Assembly (NCBI GenBank): GCA_902555055.1
Contig: CACDQN010000005.1
Coordinates: 1 to 62,226, forward strand
Length of the DNA: 62,226 nucleotides
Origin: an uncultured Candidatus Actinomarina sp.
GTDB lineage: Bacteria > Actinomycetota > Acidimicrobiia > Actinomarinales > Actinomarinaceae
Direction of reading: 5' to 3'
The position numbers and the translations under genes are program-made. The notes beneath the pieces are model-generated. The model was given only the letters and a program-made list of their open reading frames with translations, did not search any database and was not told the origin of the DNA. This document shows, piece by piece, positions 40,318-49,944 of the stretch. Within the stretch, counting starts at the first letter, position 1. The number at the start of each line of letters is the position of its first letter.

Positions 40318-41060
40318 AGAAACCATATTTAAGTGTAAAAGATTTGAGCTTCGAGTATCCTGATGGATTTAAAGCCCTAAAGAACATTACTTTCGAACTT
40401 TCAAAAAATGAACGAGTTGCAGTTCTCGGGCCAAATGGTGCCGGTAAAACAACATTTATTCTTCATCTAAATGGAATTCTTGGAAATTTAGATGAAGAAA
40501 TAGAAATAAATCATTTAAAATACTCACAAGAAAATATTAATAAAATTAGAAAAACTGTTGGTTTAGTATTTCAAGATCCAGATGACCAGTTGTTTATGCC
40601 GACAGTGTTAGAAGATGTCATGTTTGGGCCAAAAAATTTTGGATTTTCAATCGAAGAAGCAGAACAAAATGCAATAGAGGCACTTCAAAAAGTAAAAATG
40701 TTAGATTATGCAGAAAAACCTCCTCACCATTTAAGTTTTGGTCAAAAAAGAAAAGTGGCAATAGCATCTGTCTTGGCTTCAAAACCAGAACTCTTGGTAC
40801 TAGATGAACCAAGTTCCAACCTAGACCCTGCGTCCCGTAGGGAACTAGTCGAAATATTAAAAAATTTAGATATATCTTTAATTCTTGTAACGCATGATAT
40901 ACCAATGGCACTAGAAATTTGTAAACGAAGCATAATTTTAAATGGCGGGAAAATTACGACAGATGATGAGACGTATATGATCTTAAAAGACAGAAATACA
41001 ATGGAAGAAAATAGATTAGAACTTCCGTTTGGGTTTGCTCTACATCATTTGGATGAATGA
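40314..41060 (+). CDS. cbiO: Co/Ni ECF transporter ATPase
   Basis: GPNGAGKT, VFQDPDDQLF, LSFGQK, LDEPSS. Confidence 0.92.
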   Translation: MKKPYLSVKDLSFEYPDGFKALKNITFELSKNERVAVLGPNGAGKTTFILHLNGILGNLDEEIEINHLKYSQENINKIRKTVGLVFQDPDDQLFMPTVLEDVMFGPKNFGFSIEEAEQNAIEALQKVKMLDYAEKPPHHLSFGQKRKVAIASVLASKPELLVLDEPSSNLDPASRRELVEILKNLDISLILVTHDIPMALEICKRSIILNGGKITTDDETYMILKDRNTMEENRLELPFGFALHHLDE

Positions 41061-42058
41061 ACCTCTAAAGATTTAATATAACTAATAATATTGTCTATTG
41101 CCTCATAGGATTCTTTAATAGGGAAAAACTGCCAAGCATGCCAGACGCCACTCCAAGTTTGTAGTTCTACATTGACATTTTTATCTCTTAACTTTTTTGA
41201 AAATTCAATTGCATCGTTGTAAAGTAGCTCATCAGTTGAAACTTGAATCAAAACATCAGGAAAGCTTTTTACATCAGCGTAAATAGGTGAAAGAATTGGA
41301 TTACTGGTTCCATATTCTCCTGCATAATACTCTCCTACTTCATACATGCCTTCGATAATAATTGTCACATCTTTATTTTTTAAATACTTCTTGTCCTCTG
41401 CTGAATCTGATAAATCTAACCATGGCGAAAGAAGAATTAGATTATCAGGTTTGATGTTATAAGAATCATCAACAGTGACTCCAGTCGCAAGTCCTCCACC
41501 AGCTGATTCACCAATCCAAATACTTTGTTGGTTTTTGTGAAGTTCATCAATATAGCTCACAGCTAGTTTTGCATCATCGTGAGCAGCAGGAAAATTATGC
41601 TCTGGGCTCAACCTATACTCAAAAAAATATATTATTAAGTTAGAATTATTCGAAATTATTGAAATCAAATTTTTATGAGAATTTATACTACCAGCAAAAT
41701 AACCGCCACCATGAAAATAAACTCCATATTTTTCCTTGTTTGCGTTTGGAGGAGTGAACTTGAACGTTTTAACAGGGGCTCCATGAATTTCTTCAAGCAA
41801 AACTTCTTCATTATATTTATGTAGTTTTTGACCTGAAGTGTTAAGGTTATTCCTTGAGTCTAGTGCGTAATCCATGCGTTCCTGAAATGTTGGATTGTTA
41901 GATGTAACATCGAGTCTTAATCTATCTCTAACTTTCCTTAACCTTAAAATATTGACGTATAAAGGGGTTCTAGTAAAAAGTGGTAGTTTAGGAATAAATT
42001 CGATCGTAAATTTTTCAAGAATTGTTGCTAATAAAGATATCACAGTACAATTATACAC
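41045..42058 (-). CDS. HSL-family esterase/lipase
   Basis: HGGG, YRLSPEH, GESAGG, HAWQ. Confidence 0.9.
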   Translation of the reverse strand: MYNCTVISLLATILEKFTIEFIPKLPLFTRTPLYVNILRLRKVRDRLRLDVTSNNPTFQERMDYALDSRNNLNTSGQKLHKYNEEVLLEEIHGAPVKTFKFTPPNANKEKYGVYFHGGGYFAGSINSHKNLISIISNNSNLIIYFFEYRLSPEHNFPAAHDDAKLAVSYIDELHKNQQSIWIGESAGGGLATGVTVDDSYNIKPDNLILLSPWLDLSDSAEDKKYLKNKDVTIIIEGMYEVGEYYAGEYGTSNPILSPIYADVKSFPDVLIQVSTDELLYNDAIEFSKKLRDKNVNVELQTWSGVWHAWQFFPIKESYEAIDNIISYIKSLEVHSSK

Positions 42059-42094
42059 CTTTAGATGATTACAAAAAAAATATATAATAGATAG

Positions 42095-43168
42095 ATGAAA
42101 AGTGAACTTGGAAAAATAGCAATATTAGGCTCGGGTGAGACTAGTCCTAATTTAGTTAGTGTGCATCGGGAACTTTTAGATGATGATGCAGCATCATCTA
42201 ATTGCTATATGGTTGACTCACCATTTGGATTTCAAGAAAATGCTGATCAACTTGTTGAGAAAATCCAAGATTTTTATAAAACGAGTTTAAATATAAAGAT
42301 GAATTTAGCTTCATTTAGAAAAATTGAAGAGCTTAATAGTAAATCTTTTTTTAAAACAATTCAATTATTAGAAAGTGCATCATTCATTTTTGCTGGTCCT
42401 GGTAGCCCTAGCTATGCAAGCAAACTTTGGTCAGATAATCAAATTCAATCAATATTGTTGGACCATCTTTCAAAGGGGAAAAACGCTTTGTTTGCAAGCG
42501 CAGCAGCTACAACTTTAGGTGAGAATACACTTCCAGTCTATGAAATATACAAAGTTGGTAAAGACCCTTTTTGGGAAAAGGGATTAAATATTTTAAATGC
42601 TTATGACTTATCCTGTTCAGTTATTCCACACTTTAATAACAAAGAAGGAGGTAACCATGATACTAGTTATAGTTATGTTGGGAAGAATAGAATAGAAAAA
42701 CTCCTTAAACAGTCTTATTCAAACATTCTTGGAATAGATGAGCATACTGCGCTTATTATTTCTGGTAAAGAGGGGTTGTTTCAAGTAAAGGGTCTTGGAA
42801 AATTGACGGTAATCAATAAAAAAGGAGTTCATGAATTTGATAATGGTACTGCTGAAAACCTTTCAATTCTTCAAGATCTTCTAAAACCAGATAAAAAAAA
42901 TACAGAAAATCAAAAAGAAATTTTGAAAAATGAAAGTCAAGATACTCATTATTTAAAACAAATAGCAAGATTAGAAATTGAAGTTGAAAATAATAAATTG
43001 AACAATGAACGTTTTTCAAAAATAGTTGAAGAGCTTATTTCTCTTCGTGGAAAGCTAAGGGAAGAAAAAAATTATGAGCTTTCAGATACTATTAGAAATA
43101 TATTGGAATCTTGTAATCTACAAATTGAAGATAGTGGAGAAGATATAAAGTGGTCTATTCTTGATTAG
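42095..43168 (+). CDS. peptidase S51/cyanophycinase-like domain fused to a CysRS-like C-terminal helical domain
   Basis: GSGE, FAGPGSP, FASAAA, IPHFNN and GIDEHTA motifs; C-terminal LRGKLREEKNYELSDTIRNIL...IEDSGEDIKW. Confidence 0.75.
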   Translation: MKSELGKIAILGSGETSPNLVSVHRELLDDDAASSNCYMVDSPFGFQENADQLVEKIQDFYKTSLNIKMNLASFRKIEELNSKSFFKTIQLLESASFIFAGPGSPSYASKLWSDNQIQSILLDHLSKGKNALFASAAATTLGENTLPVYEIYKVGKDPFWEKGLNILNAYDLSCSVIPHFNNKEGGNHDTSYSYVGKNRIEKLLKQSYSNILGIDEHTALIISGKEGLFQVKGLGKLTVINKKGVHEFDNGTAENLSILQDLLKPDKKNTENQKEILKNESQDTHYLKQIARLEIEVENNKLNNERFSKIVEELISLRGKLREEKNYELSDTIRNILESCNLQIEDSGEDIKWSILD

Positions 43169-43967
43169 CTTTTGGATAGTGTCCTAATATTTTAAATTCT
43201 TTACTTACTAAGTCTATTCTTTCAATCAATTCATTTTGTAGATTTGAATCACTCAATTCATAATCAATATAAAATTTGTATTCCCAAGGCCTTCCTAGAA
43301 TTGGTCGAGATTCAAGTTTTGTTAGGTTAATATTTAAATCATTAAATATATTTAAAGATTTAAGTAATGACCCAGGCCTGTCATCAGAAATTAAAACTGA
43401 AGAAAATTTGTTGTTAATGAGTGAAATATTTGGAGGTTGTAAACCTATAAATAAAAATCTTGTAAAATTTTCTGAGTCATTGGAAATATTTTTTTCTAAG
43501 ATTTTAAATCTATCATCACTATCAAAATGTTCTCCAGCTATGGCAGCCGTTGTATTGTCGTTTGTTCTTAATACTTCATAAACACTTCCCGCGGTGTCAA
43601 AAACAGGTGTAATTTTAAAATTATTTTTTTGTAGGTATTTACTACATTGCTGAAGTGCTTGAGGGTGAGAAATTACGTTAGATATGAGTTCTAAACTAGA
43701 TTCTGGAAGTGCAATTAAACTATGTTTAATTTTTTTTATATACTCCCCAAATATACTTAAGTCGCTTTCAATAAGCTCTTCATAAGCTTCATTTACTGTA
43801 CCAGCAATTGAGTTCTCTACAGGAAGAAGCCCGAAATTCCCCGACTCGCTTGCAAAGTCAATTAATGATGAAAAGGTTTCACATGGCTGATAAAGCGAAT
43901 CCGGAAAAATAGTTTTTAGTAATTGCTCGGAATATGATCCGGGGGTTCCCTGATAGGCGATGTTCAT
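43155..43967 (-). CDS. pheA: prephenate dehydratase
   Basis: AYQGTPGSYSE, PVENS, SHPQALQQC, NFTRF, LTKLESRP. Confidence 0.94.
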   Translation of the reverse strand: MNIAYQGTPGSYSEQLLKTIFPDSLYQPCETFSSLIDFASESGNFGLLPVENSIAGTVNEAYEELIESDLSIFGEYIKKIKHSLIALPESSLELISNVISHPQALQQCSKYLQKNNFKITPVFDTAGSVYEVLRTNDNTTAAIAGEHFDSDDRFKILEKNISNDSENFTRFLFIGLQPPNISLINNKFSSVLISDDRPGSLLKSLNIFNDLNINLTKLESRPILGRPWEYKFYIDYELSDSNLQNELIERIDLVSKEFKILGHYPKANQE

Positions 43968-43968
43968 T

Positions 43969-44412
43969 TTATTCTCCATCAATATACTCCAATGCTTTCA
44001 AATATCCATCTACTCCTTGACCAATAATTGAGTGCTTGGAAAATTCTTTTATGAGGTTTATTTTTCTAAAATCTTCTCTTTTATTTATGTCTGAAATGTG
44101 TACTTCGACAATTTTGTTATTTTGAGAAAATATTGATATTGCATCTCTTATTGAGACACTTGTGTGTGTAAAAGCTCCTGGATTAAAGATAAGCCAAACA
44201 TCATTAAATTGACTAATCATTTGAATATAATCTACAACCTCTCCTTCATTATTAGATTGAAAAAATTCAACTTCTAAATTTAAACTTGATGCTTTACGTT
44301 CAATTGTTTGAATTAATTCGGAATAAGTTGTTGAGCCATACTTTTCTAATTCTCTTATTCCAAGGAAATTAAGATTAGGACCATTAACAATAAAAATTTT
44401 TTTAATAGTCAA
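43969..44412 (-). CDS. aroQ: type II 3-dehydroquinate dehydratase
   Basis: NGPNLNFLG.RE..YG, NPGAFTHTS, EVHIS. Confidence 0.95.
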   Translation of the reverse strand: MTIKKIFIVNGPNLNFLGIRELEKYGSTTYSELIQTIERKASSLNLEVEFFQSNNEGEVVDYIQMISQFNDVWLIFNPGAFTHTSVSIRDAISIFSQNNKIVEVHISDINKREDFRKINLIKEFSKHSIIGQGVDGYLKALEYIDGE

Positions 44413-45397
44413 TCACCTCAAATAATTCATCGAAGCTTAAATTGATTATATTTGGCATAGATATACCCGAAAGAAGCACTATATCAACATTGTCTATTAA
44501 ACTTTTTTTATCATTCTTTAAAGCTTCCATAATGGAATCCTTTCCTTTAGAAAATTTATAAGTATAGTTGTAGTTAATTTTTTCTATATATTTTAAATAT
44601 GAGTTGATTACTTCCTGTGGTAATCCCATATGTTTCTTTGAAAGCAATAATTCATAATAAATTCCAATTGCTACAGCCTCTCCATGGGAAACTTTAAATT
44701 CAGAATCTTTCTCAATGAGGTGTCCAATAGTATGACCAAAATTTAATAATTTTCTTTTATTTAATTCTGTAAAGTCTTCACTTACAATATCCAGCTTTAT
44801 TTTTATTCCTTTTTTGATTGTGTCAAGACTAACTTTATACTCTGAACCCAGAGATAATTTTTCATAAATCTCACTACTTCCTATTAGGCCATGTTTAATT
44901 AGCTCAATTAAGCCATCCTTGTAATCTTTTTCAGAAAGTGAATCTAGTAGCTCATGGCAGACAAAAATTGACTTAGGCTCGGTAAAGGTTCCTATTTGAT
45001 TTTTACCATAATTATTATTAAAACCATTTTTTCCACCATGTGCTGCATCAACCATTGCAAGAAGGGTTGTTGGCACTAAACAAAAAGAAATACCTCTTTT
45101 ATAGGTACTAGCTGCAAATGCACATACATCTAAAAGAACTCCTCCTCCTATTATTAATAAATTGCTCATCCTATTTAAATTATGCTCAAATAATGCATTC
45201 CAAACTATTTCAACAGATACTAAATTCTTTGTACTTTCAGAAATATCAATATATAAAACGTCTGTGTTTAGTAGTTTTTCAAAATTATAAAATTCTAAAT
45301 TAGAATCAACAATAACTAAATCGTAATTGTTATTAGTTTGGTTCAAATCATTTAAAAGCTCTTCAAAAGTTTCTGAATATTTATTACTATCTGTCAT
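44402..45397 (-). CDS. aroB: 3-dehydroquinate synthase
   Basis: GGGVLLD, PTTLLAMVDA..GGK, LNFGHTIGH, HGEAV. Confidence 0.94.
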   Translation of the reverse strand: MTDSNKYSETFEELLNDLNQTNNNYDLVIVDSNLEFYNFEKLLNTDVLYIDISESTKNLVSVEIVWNALFEHNLNRMSNLLIIGGGVLLDVCAFAASTYKRGISFCLVPTTLLAMVDAAHGGKNGFNNNYGKNQIGTFTEPKSIFVCHELLDSLSEKDYKDGLIELIKHGLIGSSEIYEKLSLGSEYKVSLDTIKKGIKIKLDIVSEDFTELNKRKLLNFGHTIGHLIEKDSEFKVSHGEAVAIGIYYELLLSKKHMGLPQEVINSYLKYIEKINYNYTYKFSKGKDSIMEALKNDKKSLIDNVDIVLLSGISMPNIINLSFDELFEVIDY

Positions 45398-45891
45398 TTA
45401 TTTAATTCCAAAGCATTGAGTAAGGCCGTATAAGAATTTTCTTCACTTGAAATCGGTAATATATGTTGAAGAGATTGATATTTATCTATTCTTTTTTCGA
45501 ATAAGCCTCTTACTGATTCTTTTCCAAATTTCACTAAAGGCCTATTAGAGTTTTCAATTCTTTTCCAAAGGATGTCGAAATCAACCTCAAGATAAATTGC
45601 TTTACCACTTTTTAATATATGTTGATAGATTTCATTATTTTCAACTGCTCCCCCTCCTAGTGCTATTAAGTCAAATTTATCAACTTGTTTAAAAAATTCT
45701 TCTTGTTCTATTGATCGAAAATAATTTTCCCCTTTATCTTCAAAAATTTTATTTATTGGTCCATAAAGATTTTCAATATGAAGATCTAAATCCATACAAT
45801 CAATATTTTCTTTAGAGTTAATTTCTTTAATAAGGGTACTTTTGCCAGCACCCATGAACCCACACAAAAAATTACTTCTACTCGTTTTCAT
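45394..45891 (-). CDS. aroK: shikimate kinase
   Basis: GFMGAGKS, GE.YFR..E, LGGG, RPL. Confidence 0.93.
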   Translation of the reverse strand: MKTSRSNFLCGFMGAGKSTLIKEINSKENIDCMDLDLHIENLYGPINKIFEDKGENYFRSIEQEEFFKQVDKFDLIALGGGAVENNEIYQHILKSGKAIYLEVDFDILWKRIENSNRPLVKFGKESVRGLFEKRIDKYQSLQHILPISSEENSYTALLNALELNK

Positions 45892-47059
45892 ATCCCATTG
45901 TCCATTTTTTATTACTTAACTCAAAGTCCTCAATATTATAATTTTGAAGATTATCCACTCTTTTGGCTATCTCCTCTTTTGAATCACCACCAGTTTTTTC
46001 AATGAGAGAGTTCAGTAAATCTAATGAAAGTACTCCTTCAAATATTGGAACTGCTCTTGGCACTGCACATGTGTCAGATCTTTCATAAATTGTTTCAGTT
46101 TCTTTGCCAGAATGAAGATCTACACTTTTGATTGGAGTCAATGTTGTGCTAATTGGTTTTAGATATGATGTTACCATGATCGGTTCACCAGTTGACATTC
46201 CCCCCTCAAATCCTCCTAGATTGTTAGATATTCGTTTAATTTTATTATTGTCAAGTTTTATTTGGTCTTGTACTTCAGTGCCGTATTTCTTTGATGCTTC
46301 AAATCCATTACCAATCTCTACTGCTTTAACACTCTGAACTGAAATCATTGAGGATGAAATTTTTGCATCAAGTTTTCTATCAAATTGAACATAGCTTCCA
46401 CACCCTGGTGGATAATTAATTGCTACACACGTTATGGCGCCCCCAAGAGTGTCTTTTTTCTTTCTTGCATCTTTTATCTCTTTAATCATCAAATCTGCAG
46501 CATTTTTATCAGGACATGATACATCAGATTGCTCAATTAAATTTTTAAAAGAAGTGATATCAGTTATGTTTGTTGGATTGAAACTTTGACCACCTATAGA
46601 TGAAACAAATCCAACTAGTTGAATATTTAATTGAGAAAGTATCTGATGAGCAATTGCACCAACAGCACACCTTATAGCGGTTTCACGAGCACTAGCTCTT
46701 TCTAATGTAAGGCGAATATCATCATGGTTATATTTTAAGGTTCCTACTAAGTCTGCATGACCTGGCCTTGGAACAACATAAGGTTCTATTTCCTTATCTT
46801 TCCAGTTTTGCCAATCTTGATTTATTATCTTTAATGCAATTGGACCGCCAGTAGTAAGTTTGTTGACAACACCGGAAGTAATTAATACTTGGTCTTTTTC
46901 AATATTCATCCTTCCACCAGACCCTAGAGTTTTTTGTCTTCTTAAAAGAAATTTATCAATATATTCTTTAGTGACTTCAAAATTAGATGGGATGCCTTCA
47001 ACAATAGCCGTAAGTTCAGGACCGTGACTTTCTCCAGCTGTTAGGTATTTAATCTTCAT
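45878..47059 (-). CDS. aroC: chorismate synthase
   Basis: TAGESHG, PRPGHAD, ERASARET, KPIST, RSD.CAVP. Confidence 0.96.
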   Translation of the reverse strand: MKIKYLTAGESHGPELTAIVEGIPSNFEVTKEYIDKFLLRRQKTLGSGGRMNIEKDQVLITSGVVNKLTTGGPIALKIINQDWQNWKDKEIEPYVVPRPGHADLVGTLKYNHDDIRLTLERASARETAIRCAVGAIAHQILSQLNIQLVGFVSSIGGQSFNPTNITDITSFKNLIEQSDVSCPDKNAADLMIKEIKDARKKKDTLGGAITCVAINYPPGCGSYVQFDRKLDAKISSSMISVQSVKAVEIGNGFEASKKYGTEVQDQIKLDNNKIKRISNNLGGFEGGMSTGEPIMVTSYLKPISTTLTPIKSVDLHSGKETETIYERSDTCAVPRAVPIFEGVLSLDLLNSLIEKTGGDSKEEIAKRVDNLQNYNIEDFELSNKKWTMGYENE

Positions 47060-47844
47060 TATTTAGCCTTTCCAGTATTTCATGGTAAACATGATCAAAC
47101 TTGATTTCTTGCCCTGTCCATAAATTAAATGATGAAATAGCTTGTCCAATTAACATTGTTATTCCATCAATACTTTGAACATTTTGAGAAAATCCTTCTG
47201 TAAGTTTTGAATTAGTCTTATATCCAAAGTTAAAAAAAAGTTCGAGATTCTCAAATAATTCATAAGGCACTGGAAGCATTTCATCTTCAAAAGGAGGCAT
47301 TCCAATTGGTGTTGTGTTGATTAGGACTTGAATTTCAGGCACTAAATTTAATATTTCATTATATAGTTTTGTGTCTTCGTTTTTTTTGTCTTGAGACGAT
47401 TACGACTTCATTACTTGAATCACAAAAATAGTTAAATGTTTGTGTGCTTCCTCCATTGCCTAGGATTAATATTTTTTTATTTCTTAAATCATAGTTGATA
47501 GATTCAAAGGTTTTTTTTATTCCCTCAATATCAGTATTAGTAGCATGGATTATTGAATTTTTAAGGACAACTGTGTTCACCGCCTGAGTTCCCTGAGCGA
47601 GATCTGTTATATTAGAACAATCTTTACTTTTTATTAAATCATAAATTTTTCTTTTGTGTGGGATTGTCACATTGTATCCATCATATTTAGTATGAATATC
47701 ATCTAACTTTTCTGCACTCAAATTTTCTACTGGTAATTTTTCATACACTAAATCTACACTTGAAAACTCCGCAAGCATGTTATGTATAGAAGGTGAAAGA
47801 GTTTTAGTAAGTGGCCAACCTAAAATGCCAATTTTAAGAGACAT
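47049..47844 (-). pseudogene. aroE: shikimate dehydrogenase split by a +1 frameshift in an A8 tract
   Basis: The 5' part has TLSP.IH, NVTIPHK, AVNT, NTD and LGNGG; the 3' part has INTTPIGM and DGITMLIGQA. Deleting one A at 47380-47387 joins them (…SRQKNEDTKLYNEILNLVPEIQ…). Confidence 0.88.
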
Positions 47845-49105
47845 ATTCTGCTCCTATATTTTCAAGATCAGAAAAAAAACTCGGATAAGAATCAGAAATA
47901 CATTCAGTGTTATCAATTTTTATTTCTGAATTAATACATAAGTTAGCAACTACTCCCGTCATAGCAATTCTATGATCTTCTTCTGTTTTAATAAGTCCAC
48001 CTTGAAGTTTTTGAATTCCTGAAATCTTATACCCATTACTACTGGTATTTATTTGACCGCCCAGATTTAGTATGAAGTTTTCCATTGCCATTATTCTGTC
48101 CGATTCTTTAAGCCTCAACTCTTCTGCTCCTTCAACTACTGTATTTCCCTCTGCTTGTGATGCTAAAAGTGTAAAAACTGGAAACTCATCAACCATATCA
48201 GCAACATCTTTGCCCTCTACCATTACTCCTTTTAATTTAGATTTTTTAACAACTATGGTTCCAACATTTTCATTATTTTGAACTTCAACATCTTTAATGG
48301 TTATATCTGCATTCATTTTTCGTAAAATTTTTAAAAATCCGATTCTACGTTCATTTAATAATACATTTTGAATATTAAGTTCTTTGCTTCTTAGAACTCC
48401 AATAGCTATTAAGAATGCTGCGGATGAGGGATCTCCGGGTACATTGTAATCAATATTTTGTAATTTTGATTTAGGTTCCACTGTAACACTGTTGCCCAAC
48501 CTAACTAAATTAACACCCATAAGACTTAACATTCTTTCTGTGTGATCCCGAGTAGGGGTTTCCTCAGTTATAGTGGTTTGAAAACTTTCATGATAAAGAG
48601 ATGCTAGGAGTAAACCACTTTTAACTTGCGCACTAGGTTTACTTGAATTTATATGTTCAAATGTATATTCCGAAGGTGTAAAAAATAATGGTAATTTACC
48701 ATTATTATCATTTATTTTTGCACCATTTTCACATAAAGGTTTAATGATTCTCTCCATAGGTCTCTTGGTTAATTGAGCGCTACCTTCTAACGTAGATTCA
48801 AATTTCTGTTTGGAAAGTAATCCCGTAAGCAACCTTGCAGTAGTCCCCGAGTTCACAGCATTTAAGGGTTCTATAGGTTTTTGTAACCCATTTAAACCCA
48901 CTCCTTCAATTTCAATATAATTTTCTGAAGGGTTATTAATCTTTACACCCATTTGTTTAAAAATTTTTATAGTTGAAAGTGTGTCTCCTGATAATAAAAT
49001 ATTCTTAATTTTTGAAACACCAGTAGCTAGAGAACCAAGAATTACTGTTCTGTGAGAAATTGACTTATCACCAATAATTTTTATTGAGCCCCCTATAGTG
49101 TTCAT
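47834..49105 (-). CDS. aroA: EPSP synthase
   Basis: GDKSISHR, NSGTTARL, SAQVKS, RDHTE, KESDRI, DHRIAM. Confidence 0.96.
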   Translation of the reverse strand: MNTIGGSIKIIGDKSISHRTVILGSLATGVSKIKNILLSGDTLSTIKIFKQMGVKINNPSENYIEIEGVGLNGLQKPIEPLNAVNSGTTARLLTGLLSKQKFESTLEGSAQLTKRPMERIIKPLCENGAKINDNNGKLPLFFTPSEYTFEHINSSKPSAQVKSGLLLASLYHESFQTTITEETPTRDHTERMLSLMGVNLVRLGNSVTVEPKSKLQNIDYNVPGDPSSAAFLIAIGVLRSKELNIQNVLLNERRIGFLKILRKMNADITIKDVEVQNNENVGTIVVKKSKLKGVMVEGKDVADMVDEFPVFTLLASQAEGNTVVEGAEELRLKESDRIMAMENFILNLGGQINTSSNGYKISGIQKLQGGLIKTEEDHRIAMTGVVANLCINSEIKIDNTECISDSYPSFFSDLENIGAEYVS

Positions 49106-49944
49106 TATGACAAGTCTCTTTCTCCAAATTTAGTTGCTAAAGCTCTTCTCCATTCAACAGTCTCAAATAAGTACTTATGCATCACACCTTCATCTTCAAT
49201 AGCTAAGATTTCTTGAAGTTCATCAATTAATTTGGTAATTAAATTCTTTACATTTTCCATATTTGTTAAATACATGTCTGAAATCATATTTGGTGAAGTC
49301 CTAGATAGTCGTGTAGCACCATCAAACCCCCCTGATGCTAAATTAAGCAATTCAGTAAGATTTTGTTCTTTCATTGCAACTGATACTAAAGCTGAACTTA
49401 ACATATGAGGCAAATGGCTTGTAAGTGAAATCAGTTCATCATGCTTTTCTGAGTCAATCCAAATCTCTTTTGAGTCAATTAATGAGACAAAGTATGAAGC
49501 AATTTTTATAACTTCATCATTTGATGAATTTGTCTGACAAAGTAGAAAAGGGGCATTGTTATAAATCTCTGGGTTTGGTTCCCATGTTTCATTATCAGCA
49601 ACTCCACAAAGTGGATGTCCTCCTACACAAGGTATTGCTGAATCATCCATTTTCAGCCTTATCAAATGTTTTGTTCCTCCTAGGTCTATAATCAATTTTG
49701 TTTTTGTTAAGGAAAAATCATTATCAAAAAAACTAATAATCTCATTTATTGGCATAGACAAAATTGTCAGATCATAATTATCTTCAGATTCAAATTCACT
49801 ATTTAAAGCGCCATATTCTTTTGCTCTTGCAATATTTTTGTCAAGAATATCAGTACCACTTACAAGGATCCCCTTTTCAACTAATTTTATACCTAAATTT
49901 GTACCCATTAAACCTAGGCCTATTATGTGAACTTTCTTTATCAT
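49105..49944 (-). CDS. tyrA: prephenate dehydrogenase
   Basis: GLGLMG, DLGGTK, GGHPL, HDE...TSHLPH. Confidence 0.92.
   Translation of the reverse strand: MIKKVHIIGLGLMGTNLGIKLVEKGILVSGTDILDKNIARAKEYGALNSEFESEDNYDLTILSMPINEIISFFDNDFSLTKTKLIIDLGGTKHLIRLKMDDSAIPCVGGHPLCGVADNETWEPNPEIYNNAPFLLCQTNSSNDEVIKIASYFVSLIDSKEIWIDSEKHDELISLTSHLPHMLSSALVSVAMKEQNLTELLNLASGGFDGATRLSRTSPNMISDMYLTNMENVKNLITKLIDELQEILAIEDEGVMHKYLFETVEWRRALATKFGERDLS

Noticed and set aside
42095-43168. Annotation as cysteinyl-tRNA synthetase
   Set aside because: There is no Rossmann catalytic domain, HIGH or KMSKS motif; only the C-terminal tail resembles CysRS.
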